Of a stretch of DNA of 64,000 nucleotides, positions 1 to 14,700 are shown one piece after another. The DNA lies in NCBI GenBank assembly GCA_976226885.1, contig OZ320322.1:39432001-39496000 (forward strand), read 5' to 3'. Position numbers and translations under genes: made by a program. This DNA is from Iphione sp. A-MEVVRFRX5 (lineage: Eukaryota). Below the pieces are notes generated by a model, which saw only the letters and a program-made list of their open reading frames with translations, had not been told where the DNA came from and searched no databases. Numbering within the stretch: the stretch's first letter is position 1; each line of letters begins with the position of its first letter.

Positions 1-2385
1 CGGTGTTTCTAGGGTCACATGTTATGCAAAACAGGATGACCTGGACACTAGCTTTCTGCAACATACCTGGGTCGTATGTAACCGAAGAATTGGCTGAGGC
101 TAACAAAAGGCCAATATTAATTGAGTCTTACGGGACGGGAAATACGTAACCAACATTTACCACATAGACCCCTCGGTATTCTCAGCGTGCGAAACACACC
201 TATTTTTATAATGGCATCAAAATTTTTTCAAAGAATGTCATTCCCATAGTTTTTTCTTATCTTGGTCGAAAGCAAGCACATGTACTAAAAGAATGATCTT
301 ATGAGGCGATTGTATTGTGATATCTAGCGGGAAAAGTACTAACAAGGACATTACACTTGCGCTCCTTTGGCTTTTGCGGACGAAGGTTGGAATGATTTAT
401 TTATTTCACTTTCTGGATTGGTATGGCTTGTATTAACTATTTTCATATCATTTATACCGAGGCCAAAGTATATATGAGTCTTTGGGCTCAGGATAATGAG
501 TTCTAGAATAATAATACATATGATACCAGTGAAACGTTTCAAGTCCTAAACCTGTCCATGGACGTGCAAATACATGTATATACATGTATTTAACTTCAAT
601 GGTGCAGATATAACCATCAAACAGGCGTCACTCGATGGAGATCTCTGATCGATCTCCTGCTAGTTCAATGAATTATTCCCATGCAATAAAGTTAAACTTG
701 TCATATTCATTTTACGATAGCTTCTTCGAAGTGTATACCTCTATCCTTTCCCTCTGGGAGCTAGTAGTGACCAGTCTTCTCAGTTGCATCCAGCAAGTAA
801 GGTATGTCCTAAATGAACATTCCAGTTTTGAACCGGTGAATGGTTTCTCTACTGAAGGACCACGTCCACATGCAGCTTTTGTTCCCACTACATGTACATG
901 TATCACATAAAATGGTACTTGCTGTTGGCTATGATGAAAATATACTGAAGTACAATGGATGAACCTGAACGACCCGTGTGTTTTTTTACTCCGCCCACAA
1001 CCCAGTCATCTTCAGGTAAACAGTGATTAAAGATCCCTAATTGATCCCACTATTTTTTGAATTGCAAGAAAACCGTTGTCAAGTAGCCACACTAAGAGAA
1101 TACATTTCCATAGTGATCACTGCAGACCGTTAAAACAACTAGAATTTGGTGACCCTCATCCAAATTGCCATTCTATCCAACGGCATTTCAATTACACGCC
1201 TCCACTGTTTATGAATTTTTGTGGATGCAATGGAGCGATATGTAATATGGAACGATACCCTTTAGCAGCCGAAATTATATAGTTCGTGTAATTACTACAA
1301 TAATACCACGTCTCATAACATTGACATATTTAGACAAGGAGGTTAAAATGAAATGTGATGCATGGCTAAGCATTTAAACCGGTCGAATGTGTTTTCAGTG
1401 CAAAGATAAAATCGACAACTTTAAAGGGCGTGGCATCATCCAGCAACGATAACATGCGTCAAAGAGGAATGTTGATGACATTATTTCAGACAGTAACTTA
1501 CGTCTCTAATATGAATGAAACATTCTAACTGGAATGGTTTGTATGTCTCTGTGTATATATTTCCCTGTAAGGCGGTGTACACTGATATAGCAATACTTTT
1601 CGACTTTTAAAGTGATACATATTACTTTACGCCTTCTACCGACATAGCAGACAGTGTTTACGCATGCACTCTAGTTTGGGCTTCGACGTTTAGATTAAAT
1701 GTCCTTTGCAGCACGTTGTATAAAACGGTTTTGGTCCTTAATTTTAGGACGGACAAGCCCACACTACCGCACTTAAGACCTTGCATATCTAATGCGGTTC
1801 TCAAACATGCACGCGTATGGATACTCCAGTGCTTGCCGAGATGGGAAATGGGGATCGAGAACAACAATGGATCCCACAGAAAGAAATAGTTGGAATATTT
1901 TAAGGGTATTTGATCTGTTAATGTTCAATTTTTCCGTCTCTGCGGCCATTTGACATCTACTATCTTTGAAAATATCTTTGACTTCTTATGAAACAGCCAT
2001 GTATTTGCCCGGCTATATCTTGGCGCGGAGCAATCTGTCAAGACAAGACGGATAGGTCGGGACAGCTATTACAGAGAAAATTTAGTCATGATCTCTTTTG
2101 CAGCTTATTATCTTAGCTTAGTTGATAATTTTTTTGTGGGTTGCGACTTACTTGTTCCTTCATATTCCAGGTTAATGTACATAGTATATGAGTGTCAATT
2201 TAATCAGTTAATTGCGAAAATATGTTATAAGAGGCAAGCAGGAGCAGCGAGAAAATACGGGTTACTTTCATGGGATCTCGACATCAAATACTACGTCTGC
2301 TGTAGACGTTTATGATTCTTGTCTTACATTAGCTTCCTATTTATTTATCCTTTATTTAATGTACCCATGTATAAACAGGCCCCCT

Positions 2386-2590
2386 CGCTCCCTTTCCTTT
2401 TTCATTTTGTTGTCTTTCCTTCTCTTTCTATCTTTCTCTCTATCTCTCTCGCTCTCTCTCGTCCTCATCCATTCCCGCTTGGCCAAAATAATTTCTTTTT
2501 CTGTTATTCTCCCATCTGGCTCCTTTTTGCTTTTGTTTTTTGCTTTTTGCTTTCTGCCTCTTTTTTCTTTCTTACTTTTTTTCCTATCCC
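2386..2590. repeat. Pyrimidine-rich (CT/TTTTG/CTTTT) low-complexity tract
   Basis: Almost purine-free plus strand; explains the overlapping K/E/R-rich and F/L/S-rich ORFs. Confidence 0.85.
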
Positions 2591-3153
2591 TGAACTTCCG
2601 GTGGAGGTGATTCTGTCCCAATTGTGCTACCAAGGCAATTAGTCACTCTTGGTTTTGAGCTCCTTTGCTTGGTATCCCTTCATGTTCGTCCTCCACGTCT
2701 CCCAGCCTCTCTGCTCCGTTTTGTCTTCCTCCAAGACCAAGGTCCTGGGTAAGGTGAAGAGGTCATAGTCATCACGTGACCAACACGTGCCATCGACGAG
2801 ACCGACGAGGGGGGGGAGGAAGGGTGGTATGGAAGAGGGGAAGGGTCATGTGATGGGTTTAGATGGCCTTAAGGTAAAGGAGGAGGGACGGGGATGCAGC
2901 GCCGCAAAGGGGCAGCCTAATAGGAGCCGGCAGGTGGTGCCACGAGATCGTCATTAACCGACCCGCGTGGCACATGCGCACGAGAACAGTGGGAGGTCCT
3001 CGGGAAATGTTTGTCGCCACATGGTGGGCTGTACGGCGAAGAACGCCGGTCATGTGACTCAGGTGATGATTCTAATGGCGACCCAGGTAACTCCGACGTA
3101 GATTCGGAGGTAACGCTGAGTAGATGGAAGGCAAGCTTGGGCTATGCCTTAGA

Positions 3154-4476
3154 TTATCTAGGCGAAACAACATTGATTTCACGTCGGGTTAATGTAGGCC
3201 ACAGCTGGGTCAGGTAGGCGAAGAATGGAACAGTTACAGGAGGTACAATTAAATGAAAGATGTTGGTGGTGACGCATGAATATCCGTCATATTGACTGGA
3301 GAGGATGAAGATAGGGGAGATTAATTTTACGCGGTTATCTGAATTCGACTGGAGGCAAAGCAACAAGAGGCATGTCTTAACTAAGACATAATCGCTCACT
3401 GGATGAATGGTTAGTAAGACTGAACCCATGTTGAAAGTGTCTGGGAATTGATATTGGAGAAATACAACAATGGCCAAGAAGCATCATACGGTGCGTAATA
3501 TTGAGGGGGTGACTGGGCAGGGTGACACTTCTGTTATGACTACTGAAAAGGCCATGATACACAAGTAACCAAACTCTAATCAAGCTTGCGTATTTGCTGT
3601 CAAAAACCTCAGCAGGGTTCTGCACTTCGAGTAAACAGGATCTCTCTGTGTGGACATTTCATAATGTGCTTCTGAGCTGTGTTCCGTTAGTCATTAGATC
3701 AGGCTCATGTTACAACATTGACATAAGATATCTCACCGGGGATCCAGAAGTTTGGAATGTGGCAGTTAATTAACCTGAAATGTAATACGTTTTCATTAGC
3801 ATCTGTATTCTATGCATTCTCCCTGTCATATTTCTGACCTTGTTTACTTAATATTCTAAGATGAACTGTGGACTGGTTACGATGCAAGACTGGATATGCC
3901 TGAAGATCGTTACAAAAATCGCCTCGCCTACCAATCTGTTCTTGCTGCTTACGTTTGAAGTCACATATATTTTATCCGTTCCGAGAACACAGAGTTTATC
4001 CCTTCAGTATTTTACATGTATAAAAAGGTTCATTTTGGCTATCTCTTGTCTTGCTGGAAAGAATTAATAGATCTACAGTGCATGCTAACCTTACACGTTG
4101 CAGATCCTTTAGAGAATGAGGCCCTCTGTGCTTCTCTAAATTCTGTCTGAAACGTTTGATAGAATTTTCAACGTTGACCGCAGTTTAGCAGTTTTGCCTT
4201 TACATGTACATACATTCGCCCGTTTACCTCTCTTTGTCATATCTTCTATCTTAACGCTACATTCCGCGACAGAATATGCGAAAACAACCATGATGTCCAT
4301 AATAGAAATCCTTTCAAGATGCTGCACTATCTAAGTGTATAAATGATGCCTGTTCCTTGTTTTGAGGCTTATTTTCATCAGTCATTTCCGAGTGTATTAC
4401 CTTTCCCTGGGATGTTCAGGTTCGCTGTTAGAGAGCCATGATAGTACTGACCTTCCTTGAAACCCAAAGTGGTCTC
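3154..4476 (-). mobile_element. Highly decayed L2-like LINE RT remnant
   Basis: Minus-strand fragments in the expected order: HFGFQGRS (QxGFRxGxST, about 4469), FIHLDSAAS (LLDLSAAFD, about 4334), IRVWLLVYHGLFSSHNRSVT..HPLNITH (RxLGVxFDxxLxFSSHIxxV..FHLRNI, ORF 3377-3625), LQSNSDNRVKL..QYD (LQxxQNxAARL..YD, ORF 3154-3477). Motif-level resemblance only. Confidence 0.35.
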
Positions 4477-7400
4477 TTAATGAAACACCAATTCTAGTTT
4501 TTGTCCTTCAGTCATGTGTTCTGCTTTCCACTGCTCTTCCAGCCGACGTTTGGCTGATCATTGAAACCAACAAATGTAGATTCAACGCCTCGGCGACCAT
4601 TGCCGTACCTCAACTGTTCAACTGACAAGTGAGAAGTGCATGCAAGCGCACGAGAGAAGTAAACTTGTTAACGTGTACCCGTCACAACACATTAGAATGG
4701 CTATTGAGAACTGCACATCGGATTGAAGAATACATTGTCCTAGAACTTTCTATAAAAGGTATCAGCACAAAATCGTTGCTATAGGTGCAAAATCGTTTTT
4801 ATATGACGTTTCCCGTTGCGATTTTCTGAGAGTATTTTTTAAAATAGTGATCAGGATTATCCAAGAGCTATTTTTCTAACACAGGAGTGGGAGAAAGGAC
4901 TACCATGTGTTAATGTTTTAAGAAGTTAGTTTAGATAACAAGATCAAAATGCCTCAATGTGCACAATCGCAGCCGCCCATTAGGAAAGAAAATCCCCTGG
5001 AACCTGGTATGCAGACTTGTTGATAACTAACCATTCAAAAATTGAGGAATGTACGTATTTTTCATGTGAAATAAAGACATTTGTTTATATTCACACATTG
5101 TGTTACATTTCGTTCATTTCTAGATATGTTTCTGAGAGTATCAAGCCCAGATTTGGTGCAGTCGGAATGTATCGTACTAGTACTTGAATCCTCCTCTCTT
5201 GAAATCAAGCCATGGTTAAAATGGGTGACATTTACGCACACAGTCATAATTGCCTCGTAAAAAGGATGATATCTATTCAACAAATGCCAAGTTTCGTAGA
5301 ATAAACAAGAATTAACCGAGATACTCAGTCAGTCTAACAAGTAATGTCATCGCTTATACCATTTAGCTATAGGCTGGAAGTCTTCTTATAGATTTCTTCC
5401 CGGAGCAGTGCTTAATAAAGATATCACTAATGCAATAATCGCCCAACTTATAGGTCACCAGCCGAAAAAAGGTTCCTAGAGCATGCTGTCATCAGGCTGC
5501 TAATATTAATTGTTATATTACTACACTCAAACTGATGCCCATGAATATTTATTCTATAATCAGGCGATGGAAAGCCAGGTCTTGCCACCTCCAAATACTT
5601 GTGTTAATGTGTCGGTGTGCAGTACACGCGGCGTAGAAGATGCGTGGTTGTGGTTCTCTTGATTATTAAGCTGGTGAGAATCTCACCAAGTGTGTATAGA
5701 AAAACGAAAGAGAACGTAGAGCAACACCTGCAGCTGTCTTATTGACGTGTATCCATTCAGGTGTAACGTACTCCGCCCCTAGTTTCACGATACAGCAGGG
5801 CTCACATACATGCCTAATACCGCTATATCTGTACGTAAACATGACAGTGTTGATGGCCATTTGTTTGCTGTATATCCGATAAATCCGTGACGCCACACAC
5901 CCTGAACAAAAAGTATGCGCAAATTTCAGCGTCATGTGGCGAAATGTTTTGCCCAGGATACGTTTCTTCGTATCCACATAACAGATTTATGACCGAGCGT
6001 ATCGGTGCTTGCTGAGGCATTCATCAAAATTATATCAATTCGATCTTTGCACTACGACTTGACAAAAAATTATGACCATCAGAGAAAAACATGCGAAGTC
6101 AGCATTTACAACCAAGTTACGGTACTTAGAGTTTTGATGAGATAAATGAGGCTTAGAACCTAGATACATCGTTGATTACATACAGTCTGAGTATGTTTCA
6201 ATTGATAAGGTGGTATTCATTACGAGCTTCTATGTACTGAAACTGACAGACATCGGAATGGCATCTTGATTAACCTAATGTTATGATCTGAAATGTTTTG
6301 TGATATTCCAGTTCGCTCTACCAGATTCCTGGATCGCCAGTAGATGTATTCAGATAAATAGCAGTTATACCTTTCATCACTTTGAGTTAATTCTAGGGCG
6401 TTCTGTGTGAAAATGTTGCGTCAGCATAACACTTCTTTTGACCGATGATTTTGCGTCAGATGCCATCTGACTGTTGTTAGAAGACAACAATAAATATTTG
6501 CCTTAACAAATTGCATGAGGACGCCCTCAATTCGTGTAATATATCAGCCATGGCAGATAAACAGGACTGACTCATGTCATTTAAGGATAATTTAGCGCAT
6601 TTCACGTAAAGGAAAAGAGTACTTGGAGGGGAATAAGCTGCCTATTTGTTGCTTATATTGAAAGCCGCTTCAACGGAACAGGACGTTGCAGTTTGCTTCA
6701 TTTGACTCTGGACTTAAGGGCATAAAAATGGAATAATTCCAAAATAATGATATGGTTAATAAGACTCCATCTTATGGTAATAAAGCCTCCCTGAGTTGCT
6801 AGGCTTGAAAACGAAGCTGCTTCCAATTAAATAATTGCACGTTCGTAATCCGCGCCAATTAAGCTTAATTTCCACCCGATGTCTCGTATAATTCCGCCCA
6901 ATCTCTACCGCAGGCTGTTCCTTATTCATCTCGCCGTCTCTCGCCATCTTGTTTGCTTCCCCGTCCCTATCTCTCTACCAGCCTCCTTCCTTGTACCACC
7001 ACCTCTACGTACGCCCCCCCCCCCCACCACACTCCCCTACAGGCGTTCTTCCTAGGTGAAACCACTTCCAGAAGGGATTCAGAAATGCTATTTTACCTAG
7101 CGCCGGTTTTCTTTGTGAAAAAGGCACTCATGGTTGGTTGAGTGTCTGAGAATACAAATTGATATGCATTAATGCTGGAGTAGTAATTTCCCCTTAAAGG
7201 ATCTGGGCGGTGTTAGAGCCACCCGTCGACGCCGGCGACGCGGCGGTCGTGCGAATGAGAAGTTCGAATTTTTGTCGCGCGCGCCATTTCTGAGAATCGG
7301 AATGTGAGAGACGGTTCTGGTGCGGGTTTAGAGTGGCTTTAAAAGTGACTGAGCCGAATGAATCGGCAATTAAACTGAAGCGAGAGGGCGATGTGCTTAA

Positions 7401-8165
7401 AGTGTGAAAGAGGCCGGTGAAGAAACAAATAAAGACTGCAGGAGCTTCGACAGTTATATGATAAGAGGTGGGCTAAGGGGATGGAACAATGTTGAAAAAT
7501 ACCAGGTATAGCCGATTTGATGAAATTTAAGAATTACTAGACATATATTTTGGGAAGATGCGAAAAAAACAGAAGTGATGTTTGATGATGCAGGAAGAAA
7601 GTAACTGGTACAAACAAAGAAGACCTCAGTATTACTGGCGACTCTCATGATCGGGACACATGTCTTTTCATGTCAGTATTGCCTTTCGCAAAAAGACTGT
7701 TTCCCATGTGCCCCCAGAATATACATGATATACATTGTTCGCATTTCCAAACCTTGACTTCTTACAGGAACCACGTTTCACATCCTGGTACAACTAATCT
7801 ACAAACAAGTCTCCACTCTACATGTACCTTAGCCACAGTGAGCTTTCCAGAATTTACTATACATTGTACATGTACTTACTTGTTTGAACTCACTACGTTC
7901 TGAGATGTATGAATGTATGCATTTCCTTATCCGCTAAGACACAACACATCCGAATGCTATTAGAAAATAGCTCTTCTACTACATGAAATGATGTCGCCCG
8001 TACATTAACAAACAGTCAACATTTTATTACAATCTTCATTGTTGTGGGCACTTGTTCCATTGTCGGTGCCCTTTTACAATTACCTAAGTAGTTGCACTGC
8101 AGGGGGGGCAGAGACAGGAAGAAATAGCAAGAGAATGGAGGCAAGAAGAAAAGGGGGTTAAGAAA

Positions 8166-8220
8166 AGGGGTTAAAATACCGGGAATGAAACAGGGGTTAA
8201 AATACCGGGAATGAAACAGG
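8166..8220 (+). repeat. Perfect 26-bp tandem duplication
   Basis: AGGGGTTAAAATACCGGGAATGAAAC at 8166-8191 and 8192-8217, with a partial third start. Confidence 0.95.
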
Positions 8221-8400
8221 AAGACGGCAGTTATGAAATAGGGAGACATTCGTCTTGAAGAACCATAACTCATGTAACACCTGTCAGTTTATTCCCTTAC
8301 TCGTACTTTTCTTTTTCATTCCGGCTGCGAAATCTCTTCTCCCACACACAAAAAATACGCACAAACAGAATAAAGAGACACCGCGTCCACAATTGGCAAG

Positions 8401-8760
8401 ATTTATCTGCGGCGTCCACACGGGCAGGGTGCCCACGTGGCCTCTGTACGCGCATGCACAGGCTGCCCCCAATAAGAACAAAAGCGGCAATAATACTCGC
8501 AGGACCAGTCGCCGACTGACTCTCGCGGATAAGACCGCGAGAACTCGCCCTTCGCGTGACTTGCCCCAACTTGCGCCGCCATCTTTTTTCCTCTCTCCAG
8601 CTCCCAATTATGCATGGCTTTGAAACTGAGCCGAACCGATATTGTCGTCGTTCTAATGAGATATGTTATGGAATGCAGTTGGCCTTTTTTAACTGTGCTT
8701 CTAATCCTGAGCTCGCTTTAGCCCCCCACGCCCTCTGGCGGGCGCGGCGCTCAACACCCG
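8401..8760 (-). promoter_or_regulatory. CpG-rich promoter-like island
   Basis: YY1-type AAGATGGCGGCG (8574-8585, minus), E-box CCACGTGG (8433-8440), NRF1-like GCGCATGCAC (8450-8459), CTCF-type CCGCCAGAGGGCGT (8728-8741, minus). Confidence 0.45.
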
Positions 8761-11700
8761 CTTATTGCGTCCATACCACTATGTTCCCCGACTTCAGAAG
8801 TTAGTAATGAAACCAAGAGTACTCCAATCGCCAAGTTAACCAAAAAAGCACGCCTCCTCCCGGCAGCTAAGAGGAATAATTAAAACCTTCCTCACGACAA
8901 GATGGAGAACTCAATATTCTTCAATAGATTTCTCATAGGCCATCTAGATACAATCGGAGAATTACTCTCCTGCATATAATTGGACTAGGTTTAACTGGGC
9001 AGTTTCATTTGCTGAAGGTAAAGGCAATCACAAATATACACCGGCATATTTATGACATTTTAGCAGTACATGTACGGTATGGTTTTCAAAATGTATCCGG
9101 AAAAAAATAGGGAGAGAGAGATCTTTGGCCGGTTACATGTTCTATAACTAGATGTACTAAATTTTCTAAATGTACATGTACTACTTCTGTCCTAGATTTA
9201 ACACTTCCGTATCTTAGTATGTCAGATGTTCTGTTGCATGTGGCCCTCTTCTCCAGCGATCCATTGCGTTTCGTCGCCTTTCGCTCCGACTCACCTTTCA
9301 CACATTTCACATTTAGACTAATGCGGTTATTTCTGAGCTGTTCATACGGATGTGTAATTTAACAAAGCCAATGCCGCGAGCACAGTACACTCCACCGTAT
9401 GGAATTGGAGGTGGACTAGAAAGACCTCTATGTGAATACATGGCTGACCTATGCAAGTGTTGCACAGCACACCATTGTGCCCCCCCGCCCCTCCGTCACA
9501 GGCCATTGCTCGCTTATTATTCGTACTTTTAGTGAGACGATATTAGGCATGACTGGCCTCAACCTCGGAGCAGACAACTTCCCATTCTGTACATGTATGT
9601 CCGTAGACAATACACGTCCAGGGGCTTTTGGGGCATGGTGAATAGATTCCCATCGAACAGTAGTATTTAACACGAAACCGACATAACAGCCACCATAAAA
9701 CCTAGAATTTTATTATGCTCACCCGACCGTTCCCCTAGAAATATGAAAATATTCCCTAGTCCTATTATTGGTGAGGGCTATGCCTACGATATATTTTTTG
9801 GCACACCGCTTGGGTTATCTGCAGAAACAGAACAAAAAAGCTATGAATATTATTTACATAGACTCATCGCGAAACCTAGATAAGGAGGCATCCTGCCGGG
9901 TGATTTATCGGCACGGATGATATAGGAAATCAGGTACATTATCAGAAAGAGCAAAGTTTAGCAGAGGGTTCATCGTATAGAAAGCGACGTCTACAGAACA
10001 AAGAGTAGCAGGATGCGATCCGACACGGAAACTACATAATGCGCGAACGACCATGCAGGGTACTTATGTAGCAACGATGGGCGTTGTCCTCTAACTAGCT
10101 CACTGAGCCTGATATAGATAATTACCGAATCGTTAAAGGGTGTGGTCATATCCTTCAAGTCAACCGTAAACGATCATTTAACATGGCAGAAACTTATTTA
10201 TCATAAAGCACAGGAGGAAATGTATTAAAACGTTTGCGCATTATCACAATAACATGGATCGAGTAACAGTGACCATTTGTATTCAATCCCCTGTTACCTA
10301 AACTGTGAGGCATTATCATTTAAAAATATCCCCGAACAAGCATGCACATAGAATAAGACAATAAAAAAATAAGTTTAAGAAGAGCGTGATTTTATTTAAT
10401 ATTCGGATGATAAAGCCGATAAAGATCAGATATACACCCGAGTAGTATTTGTTTTAATGAGACTCAGTATAAGCATGTTCAAATTTCCTGATTTCAAAAC
10501 GGAGACACCAAGGAACACTCTTGAGGTCGATGTACAGGACATGAGACTCAAATCTTCATCCTGTTATACAAATCTTAAATTACAAATCCATATGGGCCCA
10601 CAGAAGATGCTTTATTCTTCTTTGAGCATATCCTTCCACTAAACCACAGCTCCATATATTCAATGTGACTTTTCACCATAATATTCCGCGACAAAACACG
10701 GAGAATGGGTGTATACTAGCGTTGGACATGGGACATTTTGACTGATAACAACTGGTAACTGTTGTACCTGTGCCTAGTAAATGGAGTGATTTGTACCGGC
10801 AGACGTCAGTGCTGGCTGTGGCCTGATGGCGCGGGGCAGTAGAAAGGGAATAATGCCAGGCCAACGTCAGCCACAATCCATCTCTACCCGTGTTTACGTC
10901 TACAACAGTTGGACTGTACGACTCCCTATTACTGCTTATGGATGGGGTGGAAGGTAGGAGTGGCCCGGTCGGTGGAGGTTTGGTCTACAACATAGGGACA
11001 TTGCTTCTCGGGCATTTTACAGAAGGTCCCCTGCGCACTGTAGAAATGCGGCACATTTACTCCGTGCACTAGGATACATTTTAAATGCAGAAACTTTTCA
11101 CTGAAATGCGCCGCTTGTGGATGGGCATGCATTTGGTTCAAACATTACTCCGCACAAAGAATGAACAGCCATATTGTGTGCTGATGTCTATAATTTACGA
11201 AAAGTTTGGTATCGCGTTTAGTCATTCCTCTTATAATTAGGCCTTATAATTTCATATCAGCTTTTTACATAAGCATCGAAAAACACAAGACTTAAATCAA
11301 GCACTAAAGGGACATAAAGACACATTACAAAATATTTCGTACTTTCTTACATGGATTTCTTCGAATTTTCATGCTTTGACATGTAAATATTAAATTTTTA
11401 CTTGATGTTCTAGAAGTAAAATTGACACTTATCAGATGTGGGAGCACCAATCAGCCAACACGACTTCATATTCCACGAGATTGTCGACGTTTCTATGCGG
11501 ATACTGGCAGTCTTCTCGAGTGGTCCTTTGACATGTTGTCTTGGCTTGTTTGGAGATCCGCTGGTAGGTCAGTCAGCTCGTTCCGTATTCTGCAAATACG
11601 TCATACCCTCCTTACTACTAGAATATGTCATTATATAAGAATATCTTTTATCTGTTCCCCAACAAAATATACACATCACCATGGAATGTATCTTTTACAA

Positions 11701-14700
11701 CGGCATTCGCATTCAAAATAAAGAAAGAATAAATTAATTAAAATGAAGGTGTATCGTAAGGAAACAAGCCTTCCCCTTTCAACAGCAAAACTGTTTTTTC
11801 TTTTCGCTGAGTCTTACTGTCCTCGTGAAAAAACTCTAATCTTTGTGCAGCATTGGAGTCCTCCCTTTATCTTGACGTGTTTTCTGGTCAGGGTGGAGCC
11901 TTTGCATTGAGCTCGCTACACGTTAGCTCAAAATAACGGATTCCACGCTCCATTGTTATCTCTTAGAGAAGATAGGAAATATATCTCAGCAAGTAGACTA
12001 GCAAGTGGAATATATTTACGAACAACGCAGTGAGGTTTCAAGAACGGGAAAAAATGTGTAAAAAAACTTAATTCTGTCATATTTCATATCAAAGTAGCAA
12101 TGTGGAAACATCGACGTTCTTTAGTCGAAACAACTAGGTGGTTTATATCAAATGACAAAGAACTGAGGAGTCAGGATGTCAAACATCCCTCCCACATGTT
12201 TTGATCCAGTCTGTTTTCTTAGCATATATATATGATATATAATTTAATATTAATATAGGTAGTAAAAGTGAACGACTGACAACCCGTTGTTGTAGATCAA
12301 TATTGTTCCTTCTTCTCTGTTCGTTCCTTTGTGTATGTCTTCCTGGTTCAAAAGAGATGCGTTCGTGTGCACGAATTCACCATGTTTCAGGCCATATTAG
12401 GTGGAAGGTATGACAGCTCATGATAAAGAAAAGTAGATTGGTAATACGACAGCTCTCAGCTTTTTACAAATATCAATATCTGTTTTTTTTTATAAAAGTC
12501 TTACAGTAGAATCCTTCAATGATAGCTACATCATTCTTATCGAACATTCTGATACATAAATTTTGTTGTTTAGAACGATCGCCATAATGCTCAGCTATTC
12601 TCCTGGCAATTTGTGTAACCGACTTATGGTGTCACGATCGTTGATATGTAGTACCGTCTGTTTTTACAGAATGCGCTGAAATAAATGTATTATCGCTCTC
12701 ATTTGAATTCCCGTGGGGAATGTTTTGTATCATACTGAGTTATTTCCTTCGTTCGAAAAAAATAAACTAGAAGAATAGAAAAAGTAACAGAGAACAATTG
12801 ATATTAAGTCCGAGACATCCAAGTGGGTTCCACAAGTAAACAAAATAGATCAGAACCATATTTAAGAATCGGTATACAAATGTACACACATCAAGGAGAC
12901 GCAAATGCTGCATTGCTGACTCTAACTGCATGCTGACTCTAATTGCATTAAGGTTTTATGGTGAATATACTAGTATGGTGCAGGCCACTGTTTGAGTCAG
13001 GTAATCGTCCCCTTTTAAAACACAAATGTAGCAAGTGCTCCCTTTTGCATTGTCCTAATTATAGCCTGAGAAGTAGAATTTGATGAATATGTGCCAGGTA
13101 CCCATCGAATTCTCCAATGACAGTCACTTTCAAACGTCGTTTACATCTGTTGACAACAAATAAAATTGAATAAAGCAAAAATACTCCTTTTCACTACAGA
13201 AATGTGTAAATTGTAATCCTGGAGTGTCGAGGAATAAACACAGAGGACTTATCAGAGTGGGAAAAAGTGATTTATTATGAGCACAGCATGTCAGTAATGC
13301 ACATGGAAAGATTGACAACCGCCTGAATGAGGTATATTAGGGGCGTTAATATTGTATGAATAATAGTCATTTATATTACGCGATATAATTGCACAAATTG
13401 TCAGCGCCGCAAACGATATATTGTAATGAAAGTGTAAATAGGTATGAACGAATAATTGAAGCGAAGATAATTTCTAACTGTGCGGAGAAAAGTAAATGTG
13501 TACCACATATCACTTGTGAAATCTAAACATTCGTTGGCAGTCTTCTAACCATCATTAACTGATATATCGCCAACAATGCTGAATTAATGTTTGTTTTCTT
13601 GACATTAAGACAATAGGCCTGTGGTTAAATACACAGACACATTACATCACTGTTCATGAAACCAAATCTAAAATACTTTCTAATGAGATCTTTATAAAAA
13701 AAGAATCGGAGAAATTTAAGTGTGGACCACTCGGTGTAATCGACCGAAAACTAGGCATGTACATTCTCATAATATTATCTAACGACCAATCTATGAACTC
13801 GTTGGCTCTCAAGGGCATTACAGTTTAATTGTCACAGTGTCTGCTTCCTTTGTTTCTTGAATTCGGCGTCCTGCTTCACACTCTAGCTATTAAGTTGTCA
13901 TGTAGGTGTAAGATGTAATTACTCATGTTTTATAAAACCGTCTTTCTTTCGACGACCGACCTGTGTCCCTGACAATCTGTATTTTTAGATCCAATCTATG
14001 GCGTTAATGTAAAACCCCGCGAGCACACAAACACCTCGTGATTTTGCCAATTGTAGCATGTTTTCAGCTTTTTAGTTCATGGACTTAAAGTTGATGTCTC
14101 ATGGCAGCAAAAACCTGCTCCATTCGATAACATGGACAATTGCATAACAAAGACCTTACCGTCTTATCGATTTCCTCAATGCAAACGTCCTATAATCAAT
14201 ACTGAAACATGAAACCAAACGTTATCATTATTTCTGGTTTTCACGCGGATCAGTCTTCTTCGTAGTTGTACGTTTCGTACAGTTTCGATTTCGCCCTAAT
14301 CTCGTTCTCTGTTTTCTTGCGTTGAACTTTGTGTCCTTTCCCTGCTTAGTATTACATGCAATATATGAATTTTTTTTTAATTTTCAATCCTTCTATTGAA
14401 GTCCCTTGAGAAAATAAAACTTTGGGTAAGTCAAACCACTACTTCCTATTATTAGCGTGCCATCCCATGTTCTAGCTTATATTTTCACATCCAATCTAAT
14501 AACAATACATTATTTGTTATTGCAACTATTGCCCGACGTCCTGATGTATTTCACTGTCATTTCCGGTTCCTTGCAAGGTTGACTTCGGAGTTGTGAGTGC
14601 TTTGTGGGTCTAACATGAGAGGCTGCAGATTGTAACGATTGAATCATGCAGCTTTTACAAAGCTTTTGAAAGGAGAAAGCTACTGACAGCTCCATAACGA

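Noticed and set aside
2212-2642. Overlapping 93-132 aa ORFs
   Set aside because: By-products of a CT-rich low-complexity tract.
9889-9919. 10-bp bulged hairpin as a Helitron 3' end
   Set aside because: No CTRR terminus at the expected distance.
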